Translations under genes and position numbers: made by a program | In this document: one piece after another, positions 8,761 to 17,648 of the stretch | Numbering within the stretch: the stretch's first letter is position 1 | How the letters are laid out: every line of letters starts with the position of its first letter | The notes under the pieces: model-generated | What the model was told of the DNA's origin: nothing | What the model saw: the letters and a program-made list of their open reading frames with translations, nothing else | Database searches by the model: none | Source of the DNA: Candidatus Micrarchaeota archaeon | Lineage (GTDB): Archaea > Micrarchaeota > Micrarchaeia > Anstonellales > Bilamarchaeaceae | DNA: 64,000 nucleotides | Direction: 5' to 3' | NCBI GenBank assembly: GCA_016212525.1 | Contig: JACRGD010000007.1 | Coordinates: 15,112-79,111, forward strand

Positions 8761-11520
8761 TTACTCCAAAATAATGGCTGGCTTGTTGGGCATTGCCGCC
8801 TTAGCTTTGGCATGAGTACACGAATCCTCAGCTAAAATCTCGATTTGACAGGATAGCTCAGAAGAGAGGAACTCAGAAGCATCTTTTAGAGACTCAAGTT
8901 CATCAGCACCCGATGAAATTGACCCCAGAGAATGGATGTTTTTCATCAGCTGCTTGGCGAGCGTTCCGACATCTTTCATAGGCATACCTTTTGCACTCGC
9001 CTCTTTCATGATTCCTTCGAACGATTTAAGCTTGCGTGCAATTTCATAGAGCTCGCGTTTCCAATCCGCGGCTACAACCAAAGTTACTTTAGTTGGCGAT
9101 TTACCAATAAGCTTTGCGATGCGCTCCACGTCGCTATGGACGGATTTGATAAGTTCTTCGCCCTGCTCAACATTATCGCGAATCAATGATGTATCTGCCT
9201 TAGGGAAATCGGACTGACAAACAAAGTCCTTGTTGCCCAGCATCTGCCAGAATTCCTGGGCGAAGTGGGGCATAATTGGCGAAAGCAAAACCAGCCATTT
9301 TTGGAAAAATTGTTTTAGATTGGTTCGTTTATTACGCTTGGCATACCATTGAAGATCCGTAATGGAATCGTAGAAAATTTCCATTGCCAATTCCCTCATT
9401 GCCAGTTGATCATATAACTTAGCGACACCGGAAATTCGGCGATTTAGACGCGATAGAATCCAGTCATCCATACGACTCGAAATAAGAAGGTCGTTGCTGG
9501 AGGCGATGATAAGTTTCTCAATAAAATCCATCCTGCCCTTAACCCCGTCAGCGACGCTGCGGTTAAAGTCAGTATCGCTAGCGAGCTCGGCTCCTGCAAC
9601 AACAGAGAATCGAACTACATCAGCCCCATATTCAGCAATCGCTTTTCGCAGGGGAAGAATGTTGCCCATGCTCTTACTCATCTTTGTCCCGTCCATCAGA
9701 ACAAAACCATTTGTAACGATCTGTCTTGGCCAGAATTTCTTTTCAAAGAGCGCCACATGATTGAATATATAGACAGTAAGATGATTTCGGATCAGATCTC
9801 CTGCACTATGACGAGAATCGACTGGATACCAATACGTAAAGCTGTCCCTAAGCGCAGCGAGTTTGTCGCTACCTTCACCTTTTCCAAGGAGCACATAATC
9901 GAATAGCTCGTCAGTAAGATCATATGATTCGAAATCTGCCAGCAAGTGAGACATAGTATAGAATGCCATGTAGATTGTAGAGTCAGAAAGCGCTTCAATC
10001 ATCTTGCTCTCGTCCAGAGGGAATTTAGTTCCAAGACCGGCAGCTCGAGTGCATGGCCGCTTTCGCAGCCAATCCAGAGTGTACTCGTATTCCTGTCTGC
10101 TTCGCTCTGGAACAACAGTCATACTCGAGAGAGCCTCTTTTGCCATCTCTTTCCATTGGGGCTTTCCATAATCGATGAACCACTGATCCTTGATTATGTT
10201 AACTACGACCCCAGCACCACAGCGACACTTGACTGGGCCATTGGAGATAGTGTGAATAGAGAATGCGTTTGATTCGCCCTTTAATTTCTGCGCGATTTTT
10301 TCTTTTGCAATGATGGCTTTGATACCTTTGAATTCGCCAATCGCCATGACACCTTCGTGTGCCTCTTTCGTGTAGATTTCTTTTGTGGCTTCTTCTGATT
10401 TGGGATCATTTTGGTCTTTGACACCGAGCCGCTCGACGATTTCTTTTGCTGGAGCAGACCCGTAACCCTCAACCTCAAGGACGTTAATAAGTTCCTGCTC
10501 GGTTTTTCCAGCGTCTCGTAAAGCAAGGTAATCCAAAGGAGCGTGAGCAGGGACACTCATAACCACCCCTGTTCCGACATCAGACTTGACAAATGAAGCA
10601 CTATAGACCGGCACCTTTTTTCCATTGATGGGATTTTTGCCCTTTAATTTAAGAAGCTTTTCAACGGAAACCGAATCGATCAGTTCGAGTTTAAGCTGAA
10701 GGTGGAGTGAATCGAACGCATCCTTAGAAAGAATGATAGTATCAGGACCATACTTGGCTCGAACATAATCAAGAGCAGGATTAATCCAAATGTTAGTTAC
10801 CCCATAGATCGTCTCTGGCCGATAAGTAGTTGCAACAAGATATTCGGACTTTGAGACCTCGAATTTTATGACACTAACCTCTTCGAGCTCTGGATCAACA
10901 TCACCCCGAGTGTCGTGTGCAGAAACAGCCTGCGAATCGGAGGGGCACCATGCAATAGGATATTCACCCTGCTCGACAAATCCCATCTGGAGCAAACGCC
11001 TAAACTGCCACTGGATGAACTTGTTGAATTTTTCATCATAGGAATAGAATTTTCGTCGCCAATCGATAGAGAAGCCCATCTCCTTCATACCCTCCTCGAT
11101 TTCAGCGGAAAAATATGACACTAGAGCTCGCGGCTGGGCAAGTGTAGCGGCCTTTTCGCGCGAAATGCCATAGATTTTCTCAAAGACAGAAAGAACATCC
11201 TCATCTTTCTTTCCAATTCGCTTTGCCATGGCGAGAATAGGAGTTCCAGTAACATGAAATGCCATGGGAAAAAGAACATTGTAACCCTTAAGCCGAAGAT
11301 AGCGAGCATAAATATCAGCAGTTGTATAAGTTCGCGCATGACCTATATGCTGAGGTGAATTGGGGTAAGGAAATGCAGCAGTAACAAATTTCTTTTCACG
11401 CTCATCTGGCTCGGAATCAAATAGATTTTTTTGAGCCCATATAGTCTGCCATTTTTTTTCAATTGAAGAAGTATCCATAAAGGGGATTTTTCGAGAACAG
11501 TTTTTATAGCTAACCTGCAA
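8761..11520 (-). CDS. leuS: leucyl-tRNA synthetase (archaeal type)
   Basis: 919 aa; HIGH motif (HIGHARTY), KMSKS motif, CP1 editing domain and archaeal C-terminal extension. Confidence 0.95.
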   Translation of the reverse strand: MQVSYKNCSRKIPFMDTSSIEKKWQTIWAQKNLFDSEPDEREKKFVTAAFPYPNSPQHIGHARTYTTADIYARYLRLKGYNVLFPMAFHVTGTPILAMAKRIGKKDEDVLSVFEKIYGISREKAATLAQPRALVSYFSAEIEEGMKEMGFSIDWRRKFYSYDEKFNKFIQWQFRRLLQMGFVEQGEYPIAWCPSDSQAVSAHDTRGDVDPELEEVSVIKFEVSKSEYLVATTYRPETIYGVTNIWINPALDYVRAKYGPDTIILSKDAFDSLHLQLKLELIDSVSVEKLLKLKGKNPINGKKVPVYSASFVKSDVGTGVVMSVPAHAPLDYLALRDAGKTEQELINVLEVEGYGSAPAKEIVERLGVKDQNDPKSEEATKEIYTKEAHEGVMAIGEFKGIKAIIAKEKIAQKLKGESNAFSIHTISNGPVKCRCGAGVVVNIIKDQWFIDYGKPQWKEMAKEALSSMTVVPERSRQEYEYTLDWLRKRPCTRAAGLGTKFPLDESKMIEALSDSTIYMAFYTMSHLLADFESYDLTDELFDYVLLGKGEGSDKLAALRDSFTYWYPVDSRHSAGDLIRNHLTVYIFNHVALFEKKFWPRQIVTNGFVLMDGTKMSKSMGNILPLRKAIAEYGADVVRFSVVAGAELASDTDFNRSVADGVKGRMDFIEKLIIASSNDLLISSRMDDWILSRLNRRISGVAKLYDQLAMRELAMEIFYDSITDLQWYAKRNKRTNLKQFFQKWLVLLSPIMPHFAQEFWQMLGNKDFVCQSDFPKADTSLIRDNVEQGEELIKSVHSDVERIAKLIGKSPTKVTLVVAADWKRELYEIARKLKSFEGIMKEASAKGMPMKDVGTLAKQLMKNIHSLGSISSGADELESLKDASEFLSSELSCQIEILAEDSCTHAKAKAAMPNKPAIILE

Positions 11521-11593
11521 AGATTTCAGTAACTAAAAATACAGCAGCAAGAAATACCCCAATAGTAACAAGGAACATTGGAGACCGGGAAAA

Positions 11594-12721
11594 ATGGAAA
11601 ATAAAGAACAAAAAAACTCATTCTCAGAATTATTGCTAACATATAGCATATACACTACACTGGGAATATTTCTAAGTTGTCTCTTTGAATCATACTTTTT
11701 CCAGATAGGCATGAGCATACCTGAGATAATAGCCACAGCAGGCCTCGTATATTTACCCCCACTAATCTGCATATTCGCATTAAAAGAATTTGATATGCGT
11801 AAGGGAGCAATAATTGCAAGCGGTTTTTGGGCCCTCTCAGCAGTTGCATTTTATCTGCTAGAGGGCAATCTTTCAGTAATTCTGGCAAAACTTCTTATCG
11901 GCATGAGCGTTGCATTTTTCTGGATGCCATTTAACACTAGCTATTATAGACACCGAAATGGGAACGAAGCATTTCTTGGATCCATATATTATGCAGTAAA
12001 TCCGGCAATATCGATTATACTGCCTCCATTAGCAGGGCTTATAGCCCAAATGTACGGTTTCAAGACAATCTTTGCAATTTCGGCACTTGCTTTTCTGGCA
12101 TTCATACCCTATCTGAGCAAAAAAATAAAAGCAGAAAAATTCACATACAAACCGATCGAATCACTCAAATCGATCGATGGACTAAAAACAATAATTTTCT
12201 TTGAAGGATTTGCCATCAACATAGTAGTATCAATAACCCTCTCAGCCATGATTCTTACATATGTGCAGACGCCGGTAGAATTTGGAGGATTTCTTTCTGG
12301 AACAACTATTTTTGCAATAATCGCATCCGGAATAACTGCAAAGATATCGGATCATTTCAAAGACCGAAAGAACATAATAATCGCATCTAGCATAGGTATG
12401 CTCGCTGGCGGCATAATCACTGCAAGTGCACAGAATATAGAAACATTCTTCATGGGATTTGGAATTTTAAGTTTTTTTAGAAGCATACTCCAGCCACTGC
12501 CGCTGGCGTTGGTAGTAGACAAAAGCAAAAACATAGGAGAAAGCATGATCGCCCGAGATATAATGCTTGGGTTTGGAAGAGCCAGCGCAGTCATTATAGG
12601 GGTCGCATTAATCCTGATATTTGACATAAGGGCCATGCTCATCGTTCAAACAGTCGCAGCCGCAATCTACATAGTACTTTTTGAAATAAAGAAAAACAAA
12701 CTGAAAAAATCAACGACGTGA
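11594..12721 (+). CDS. MFS-like polytopic membrane transporter
   Basis: 375 aa with about 12 predicted TM helices; no specific motif recognised. Confidence 0.45.
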   Translation: MENKEQKNSFSELLLTYSIYTTLGIFLSCLFESYFFQIGMSIPEIIATAGLVYLPPLICIFALKEFDMRKGAIIASGFWALSAVAFYLLEGNLSVILAKLLIGMSVAFFWMPFNTSYYRHRNGNEAFLGSIYYAVNPAISIILPPLAGLIAQMYGFKTIFAISALAFLAFIPYLSKKIKAEKFTYKPIESLKSIDGLKTIIFFEGFAINIVVSITLSAMILTYVQTPVEFGGFLSGTTIFAIIASGITAKISDHFKDRKNIIIASSIGMLAGGIITASAQNIETFFMGFGILSFFRSILQPLPLALVVDKSKNIGESMIARDIMLGFGRASAVIIGVALILIFDIRAMLIVQTVAAAIYIVLFEIKKNKLKKSTT

Positions 12722-12832
12722 AAATAAGACAAAAACAAAATGCAAAAGAAGATCAGACCAGAAAAATTAAGTTAACGGAATCGTCATAAAAGCCACGCAA
12801 TGATTTATATAGTTAACTGAGAAAAGTAGGCC

Positions 12833-14065
12833 ATGGCCACCAGTCTAAAAAGAGGCCTCCTAACAAAGTCCCATGCAAAGGAGGTCACAGAGGTAGAGGA
12901 AGAACTAGATGAGTTTGCGCAAGGAACGCGAGTTCGCAGTTCCGCTTCAAAATCAAAAACTCAAATTAAAGCTAAGATCGGCAAAGCTACAGCAGCACTA
13001 AAAACGCACGAAAGACACGCAGGCTTTAGCCACCTTGCCAAAATTCTCACAGCAGGAGAGCGAAATGATGCACTCAATGCAGTCGATCAATTAAAGGGGA
13101 GATCAAGAGTCCTCTATGAACTCGCATCATTTTCCAAACATCCATACGTAAGACTCGCAGCAATAACACATTTGTCAACAGACATGGAAGCACTAAAAGA
13201 GATTGCAAAATATTGTCACCACTCAGACACTAGAGCCGCAGCACTCGATGAGATGGCCAACAATGCCGAATCCCTGGTAGAAGTCGCATGCTCCTCCAAT
13301 TTCAAGGAAAGCAGAGTAGACGCAGTATTGCTTCTGGCAAATACCAAATCACTAGTGCAGGTGGCACTTCGTTCACCAAACTCAGATTCACGAGATGCAG
13401 CACTTGAAAAACTTTCGTTCGATCAGGGAGCACTAGAGCGAATAGTAGAAGAAGGAGCGTACAGAAAAACTAGAAATGAAGCTCTCAAGAAGTTAAGTGC
13501 AAACATTTCTTCGCTGCTAAACCTACTAGTACGATCAAGACATCCAGAGGTCAAAAAACACATTGCAGGATTGCTCGCAGCACAGGTCGAACACATAGAC
13601 GATATTCACGTACTAGTGGAGATGGCCAAGAATTGCACAAACCAGGATGCACGATATTTAGCAGTAGGCAAATTATGGAAATATCCTGAGGCTCTCAAAC
13701 GAATTGCGAACGAAACTGGATACAAAGATGCAAAAACAACTGCGCTTATGCTACTTTCGGACATGGTAGAAAATTTAGAAGACTCAACCGCACTGGTGGA
13801 GATAGCAAACACTTCGCCATACGAAGATTGCAGATTAGCAGCAATAGAGAAATTAGTCGGTGTTAGTTCGGCACTTTTATCAGTAGCATCCAAATCAAAA
13901 TTCAAAGATGCGCGAGAGATGGCACTAAAGAAGCTCAGTTCGGACGCAGATACGTTGAAGGATGTTCTGAAAATGTCAAAATACAAAGATACCAGAGCGC
14001 AGGCGTTCAAAATGGTATCCGATCCGCAGATATTCCAGCAACAACTATCAAGAATACTTGGATGA
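12833..14065 (+). CDS. HEAT/PBS-lyase-like repeat protein
   Basis: 410 aa containing about 11 imperfect ~30-aa repeats of the form xxTRxAALxxLS (E-Z type HEAT-like). Confidence 0.55.
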   Translation: MATSLKRGLLTKSHAKEVTEVEEELDEFAQGTRVRSSASKSKTQIKAKIGKATAALKTHERHAGFSHLAKILTAGERNDALNAVDQLKGRSRVLYELASFSKHPYVRLAAITHLSTDMEALKEIAKYCHHSDTRAAALDEMANNAESLVEVACSSNFKESRVDAVLLLANTKSLVQVALRSPNSDSRDAALEKLSFDQGALERIVEEGAYRKTRNEALKKLSANISSLLNLLVRSRHPEVKKHIAGLLAAQVEHIDDIHVLVEMAKNCTNQDARYLAVGKLWKYPEALKRIANETGYKDAKTTALMLLSDMVENLEDSTALVEIANTSPYEDCRLAAIEKLVGVSSALLSVASKSKFKDAREMALKKLSSDADTLKDVLKMSKYKDTRAQAFKMVSDPQIFQQQLSRILG

Positions 14066-14110
14066 ACTTAAAACGTCGTATTTTATTCTTTACTTTTCTT
14101 ATTTCAATAA

Positions 14111-14863
14111 GTGGGCAAAACAAAAACAAGACCAGAATTAAGAGAGATTACACTCAGAGTCATAGAGGGGTTTAGAACCCAGATACCGGTACTAGATCTG
14201 ACAGTGAGTAGTAAAAAAGGCACTCGAAAAATCGAAAGAGAGGAAAAAGATAAGCTCGAAAAAGCGATAGAAACGGGCTGTCAAAAAGAGTTTCGGGGAA
14301 TAACTACAGAGATAAGTACACTAATAGCCAATGAATATGATGTAGGGGAAATTATCGTTCCACTCGTTAAGAGACTCAGAACAGAAACGGATCAAAGCAT
14401 AAGAAATCAAATTTTAATAAACCTCATCAAAATAGAGAGAACTGGCCACAACACCGGAATGGCAAGCGGAGACATTACAGAACTCATAAATGCATATGGA
14501 GAGGACACACGATATTTGGCAGTTAATTATTTTCTTGAAAGAGTTCGAAACGGACATAGAATAAACCTGCAGATCGAAGAACTTTGCATTGCGGCATTTG
14601 ACTTGTCTCACCAAATACGAGAAATAGCATTAGAAACTCTCAAAAGATATGGGTCGAGAGGCGCGTTTGAGAAACAGGAAATAGAAGACGCATTAGAAGA
14701 TCCAAGAGTACTTACTAAAAAGGACGAACTAGTCAAAAATATCAGAAATAGCATGGAACGCGATCCAAAAGACATCAAACCAGCAGAACTCCAACGAGTC
14801 ATAAAAGAAACAATAAAGGCGGAGACAGTAGGACGAATTGAAGAACTACTCGAGCGAGAATAA
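14111..14863 (+). CDS. hypothetical protein (possibly HEAT-like)
   Basis: 250-aa ORF; its stop codon lies inside the first unit of the 24-bp tandem array. Confidence 0.45.
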   Translation: MGKTKTRPELREITLRVIEGFRTQIPVLDLTVSSKKGTRKIEREEKDKLEKAIETGCQKEFRGITTEISTLIANEYDVGEIIVPLVKRLRTETDQSIRNQILINLIKIERTGHNTGMASGDITELINAYGEDTRYLAVNYFLERVRNGHRINLQIEELCIAAFDLSHQIREIALETLKRYGSRGAFEKQEIEDALEDPRVLTKKDELVKNIRNSMERDPKDIKPAELQRVIKETIKAETVGRIEELLERE

Positions 14864-14990
14864 ATCTCGCATACTTCGCGAGAATAAATCTCGCATACTT
14901 CGCGAGAATAAATCTCGCATACTTCGCGAGAATAAATCTCGCATACTTCGCGAGAATAAATCTCGCATACTTCGCGAGAATAAATCTCGC
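14855..14990. repeat. perfect 24-bp tandem repeat, 5 full units plus a 16-nt partial unit, made of alternating palindromes
   Basis: unit CGAGAATAAATCTCGCATACTTCG repeated without a single mismatch; arms TCTCGC and GCGAGA alternate with loops ATACTTC and ATAAA; independently visible as (ARFILAKY)x5 in the antisense ORF track. Confidence 0.9.
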
Positions 14991-15030
14991 TCGTAGAGCC
15001 ACTGGAGCTGCGAACGAAGTTAAGTTATGA

Positions 15031-15154
15031 AGCCCCCGGAGGGATTTGAACCCCCGGCCTCCTCCTAGCTCGATACTTTTTATAATAAGTTTTTGATTAA
15101 ACTTTTTCCTAAAAAGTTTACGAGAGAGGCGCTCTACCACTGAGCTACAGAGGC
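15031..15154 (-). tRNA. tRNA-Thr (anticodon CGU) with ~52-nt intron at position 37/38
   Basis: hand-folded: acceptor GCCTCTG/CGGGGGC, D-arm GCTC-AGTGGTA-GAGC, anticodon stem CCTCT/GGAGG with loop CTCGTA|A, T-arm GGGGG-TTCAAAT-CCCTC; intron begins with a 9-bp AAACTTTTT/AAAAAGTTT hairpin. Confidence 0.8.
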
Positions 15155-15289
15155 ATTGCTAATAGAAACAGCTTAAGTGAATTTAAAGATTGGTTTTGGT
15201 CAGATGGAACACGTTCCTAGGAAAAACAGAATCTGCAGTCGGAAGTTGTTTTTCTCGATATTGAATTCAATCACTTTAGACAGAATCAG

Positions 15290-15393
15290 CATTCGGTCTC
15301 CGGATCGCAAACTCAGGACTTTTGACCAAACCATTTACTCGCGACCGGAGCGAAGCGACGGGAAGCACAGGAGGCGAAGCAAAGTAATTGGAA
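15290..15393. repeat. GC-rich structured block in the tRNA-Gly/tRNA-Thr spacer (GAGCGAAGC family)
   Basis: GGAGCGAAGCGACGG and GGAGGCGAAGCAAAGTAA; long-range stem CTCCGGATCGC...GCGACCGGAG enclosing TTTTGACCAAACC, a motif that recurs twice near tRNA-Ser. Confidence 0.4.
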
Positions 15394-15467
15394 TGCGGTC
15401 GTCGGGATTTGAACCCGAGTTATGGGGTTGGAAACCCCAAGTCCTAACCAGGCTAGACTACAACCGC
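15394..15467 (-). tRNA. tRNA-Gly (anticodon UCC)
   Basis: hand-folded: acceptor GCGGTTG/CGACCGC, anticodon stem TGGGG/CCCCA with loop TTTCCAA, T-arm TCGGG-TTCAAAT-CCCGA, discriminator A; no intron. Confidence 0.85.
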
Positions 15468-15561
15468 TAATGATAAGAGATAATTAGCATTTGAGGAGTA
15501 AAGAATATAAACCATTTTAAGGCTCAATAGAAAAAATAAAAAGAAGATATAAAAGAAAAAA

Positions 15562-16257
15562 TTAGAACTTAAAGTTCTTTCTAGTCGTTTTGATCAGGTC
15601 TTTAGCGTCTTCCTGTCCGCCAAATCCAAAGGCAATTGCGAATGCGAGTGCAACACCAAAAGCCATGGCCTGAATCAAGGTCAGGAAAATGCCAGTTATC
15701 AAAGTCGTGTTGAAACCAGTGGTTGCAAGACCCATAGTCACACCAACACAGACGATCATTAACTTGACACCACGAGCGACAAGCTTAACGGAATCGGACT
15801 TGTTGTTGAGCTCGGTTATGGATTCTTTTACATATTCACCCAGTAACACAGAAGCAAGAGCCACTAACAAGCCACCGATAAGAACAGGAACATAGAGCAA
15901 AAGAGTTGACAGGTATAGGGACAGAGTTCCAAGTTCAACAAATGAAACTGCAGCCTGAACAAAGATCAACAATACATAATATTTGATGATTTTTGTAAGC
16001 ACTTCACTTAGTTTCACAGTTCCAAGAGCATCATCAATTTTATTTTGTTTGAGAAATTCCTCGAATTTAATGAGTTTGAAAAGACGGGCAAACAATCTAC
16101 TCACGAGAATAGAAACTACCCAGCCCAATACGAGCACTAAAATTGCAGCAATAAAACCAGGAAGTAATGCCACAACCTGAGTAACAACAGTTTGTGCTGC
16201 CGCAGCCACAGGATCAATTATCAGATTTTGATTTATTTCTACTATATGAATCACCAA
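15562..16257 (-). CDS. membrane protein with conserved TM-helix repeats (MscS N-terminal-like)
   Basis: 231 aa, 5-6 TM helices, Gly/Ala-rich helix faces. Confidence 0.4.
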   Translation of the reverse strand: MVIHIVEINQNLIIDPVAAAAQTVVTQVVALLPGFIAAILVLVLGWVVSILVSRLFARLFKLIKFEEFLKQNKIDDALGTVKLSEVLTKIIKYYVLLIFVQAAVSFVELGTLSLYLSTLLLYVPVLIGGLLVALASVLLGEYVKESITELNNKSDSVKLVARGVKLMIVCVGVTMGLATTGFNTTLITGIFLTLIQAMAFGVALAFAIAFGFGGQEDAKDLIKTTRKNFKF

Positions 16258-16351
16258 ATCGAACGCTCACGTAATCGTTTTAAACGTTTCGAAGACCAAC
16301 AATGAAACACACCGAGCCAGTTTGAACCAAAAAACATAAGTTAAATGAGAC

Positions 16352-17002
16352 TCAGAAAGCTCCGGCCAAATCAGATAAGAAAGATTTTGGATCAGCAGAC
16401 TTAACAAAAGCGCTTGAGAGGAGAACGCCCTTTGCTCCTAGCTCCAAAGCTTTTACAACATCAGTTTTGTCGCTAACACCAGCACCACAAAGAACAGTAA
16501 TTCGGGAATTTATTTCCTCCACAGCCCGAACGGAATTGGAGATCACATCTGGTTTAACCTTTGAAACGCTGATCCCGCTGCTTATGAGCTCGGGTGGCTC
16601 CACAGCCAGATAGGTAGGTGAAAAAGAAGCAAGATCCCGCATTTCCATTGGGGTCGGTGCACAAACCAAACTTTCAAGACCGCACCGGTGCAGGTTGTTC
16701 ATTGCCAAAAGGAGGACCGGCCGGGGCAAACGCTTTTCCGAATGGTTAAGAATCGAACCCTTAACGCGAACAAATCGCAACAGATCAGCAGGAACAGAGC
16801 CAGTAAATGCCCCTGGGGGATCCCCATCACAGTGCTGGGCAAAAACATCAGAAAAACGATCAGCCGCATCGCGCAGAAATGGAGAAGGAGGGCAGATAAC
16901 AATTCGAACTCCTGTTTCGGCAACCACTTCCCGAGCCACATCAGTAAAAAAAAGTGAACGTTCGATCGATGGAGGATATGTTTTGAGATTTAGAACAATC
17001 AT
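16352..17002 (-). CDS. tpiA: triosephosphate isomerase (archaeal short form)
   Basis: 216 aa; NLKTY near N-terminus, ILNHSEKR catalytic His motif, AVEPPELISSG catalytic Glu loop; this gene is about 50% GC, above the local background. Confidence 0.85.
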   Translation of the reverse strand: MIVLNLKTYPPSIERSLFFTDVAREVVAETGVRIVICPPSPFLRDAADRFSDVFAQHCDGDPPGAFTGSVPADLLRFVRVKGSILNHSEKRLPRPVLLLAMNNLHRCGLESLVCAPTPMEMRDLASFSPTYLAVEPPELISSGISVSKVKPDVISNSVRAVEEINSRITVLCGAGVSDKTDVVKALELGAKGVLLSSAFVKSADPKSFLSDLAGAF

Positions 17003-17059
17003 AAAGAGGAATAGGAAAATAAGAGTAATAAAGAAATCGTTTTATTGACTAGAATAAAA

Positions 17060-17452
17060 AACCAATAAAGGTAGGCGAAGCAAAGTAAAGTGACTCCGAG
17101 GCTACGCGAGTCGACTAACCAGAGGAGATATTGACTAAGCAGATGTCTCAATTGTCATTTAGTAGGTCCTTGGATTTTTGACCAACCACTCGCCTAGCGA
17201 TCTGCAAAATCGCGACGGTTTAGCTACGCAGACATGAATGTCTGCTTGCGACTTTTGTAATAAGAGAAAAGAAGTCAAAAGTAATGTGACGCCACGCGAA
17301 ACGGCCTGAGCGAAGCAATGGACGCGAAGCTAAGCGAACGAGCGTATGACTAGGCGTTCTGAATGAGTTGGAGTGATGATTTGGTAATTCCTCAGGGCTT
17401 TGACCAACCCTTTTACTTTGCCATAATTTATGCTGAAGTCAAAGTAATGGGT
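17060..17452. repeat. about 400-nt GC-rich structured non-coding region between tRNA-Ser and tpiA (GAGCGAAGC family, multiple hairpins)
   Basis: contains GGCGAAGCAAAGTAA (identical 15-mer at 15370), CTGAGCGAAGCAATGGACGCGAAGCTAAGCG, two TTTGACCAACC copies, a perfect 8-bp hairpin GCAGACAT-GA-ATGTCTGC, hairpin GCGAT-CTGCAAA-ATCGC, and box C (GTGATGA) plus box D (CTGA) like elements; no ORF. Confidence 0.4.
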
Positions 17453-17587
17453 CGCCGACACCAGGATTTGAACCTGGAATCCACAAGGGATCAGTTCACC
17501 TGAACGTTTTTTAGTTCGTTTTTAGTCAAGCTTTTTCCTAAAAAACTTGTTCGAGACTGACGCACTACCGGGTTATGCGATGTCGGC
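17453..17587 (-). tRNA. tRNA-Ser (anticodon CGA) with ~54-nt intron at 37/38 and long variable arm
   Basis: hand-folded: acceptor GCCGACA/TGTCGGC, anticodon stem TCAGT/ACTGA with loop CTCGAA|A, 13-nt variable arm, T-arm CCAGG-TTCAAAT-CCTGG, discriminator G. Confidence 0.8.
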
Positions 17588-17648
17588 AAAAGTATAGGAA
17601 TTATGTGAAGAGAAGGGATTTAAATCGCTTAGGATCCCACAAACAAGA

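Noticed and set aside
14855-14990. Possible CRISPR array
   Set aside because: The 24-bp units are directly adjacent with no unique spacers and no cas genes or leader, so it is a simple tandem repeat.
14799-15140. 113-aa minus-strand ORF containing (ARFILAKY)x5
   Set aside because: It is the antisense translation of the 24-bp tandem repeat and runs into the tRNA-Thr gene, so it is not a real protein.
15177-15470. 97-aa plus-strand ORF
   Set aside because: It spans the structured tRNA-Gly/tRNA-Thr spacer and the tRNA-Gly gene itself, so it is not coding.
16688-17048. ORFs 16688..16957, 16695..17048 and 16699..16941
   Set aside because: They are overlapping or antisense frames of the well-supported tpiA gene, open only because tpiA is relatively GC-rich.
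17373-17436. C/D box sRNA candidate (consensus box C GTGATGA, 12-nt spacer, box D CTGA near the 3' end)
   Set aside because: The internal D' is TCAG rather than CUGA and the C'-to-D spacing is ~25 nt instead of ~12. No terminal stem brings C and D together, so this is not a canonical archaeal C/D sRNA. The region is reported as part of the structured GC-rich block instead.
17040-17452. SRP (7S) RNA or RNase P RNA next to tRNA-Ser
   Set aside because: Linkage of tRNA-Ser and 7S RNA genes has been described in some archaea, but I could not find the conserved SRP helix-8 or RNase P CR-I/CR-V motifs by eye. This remains an open possibility to test with covariance models.
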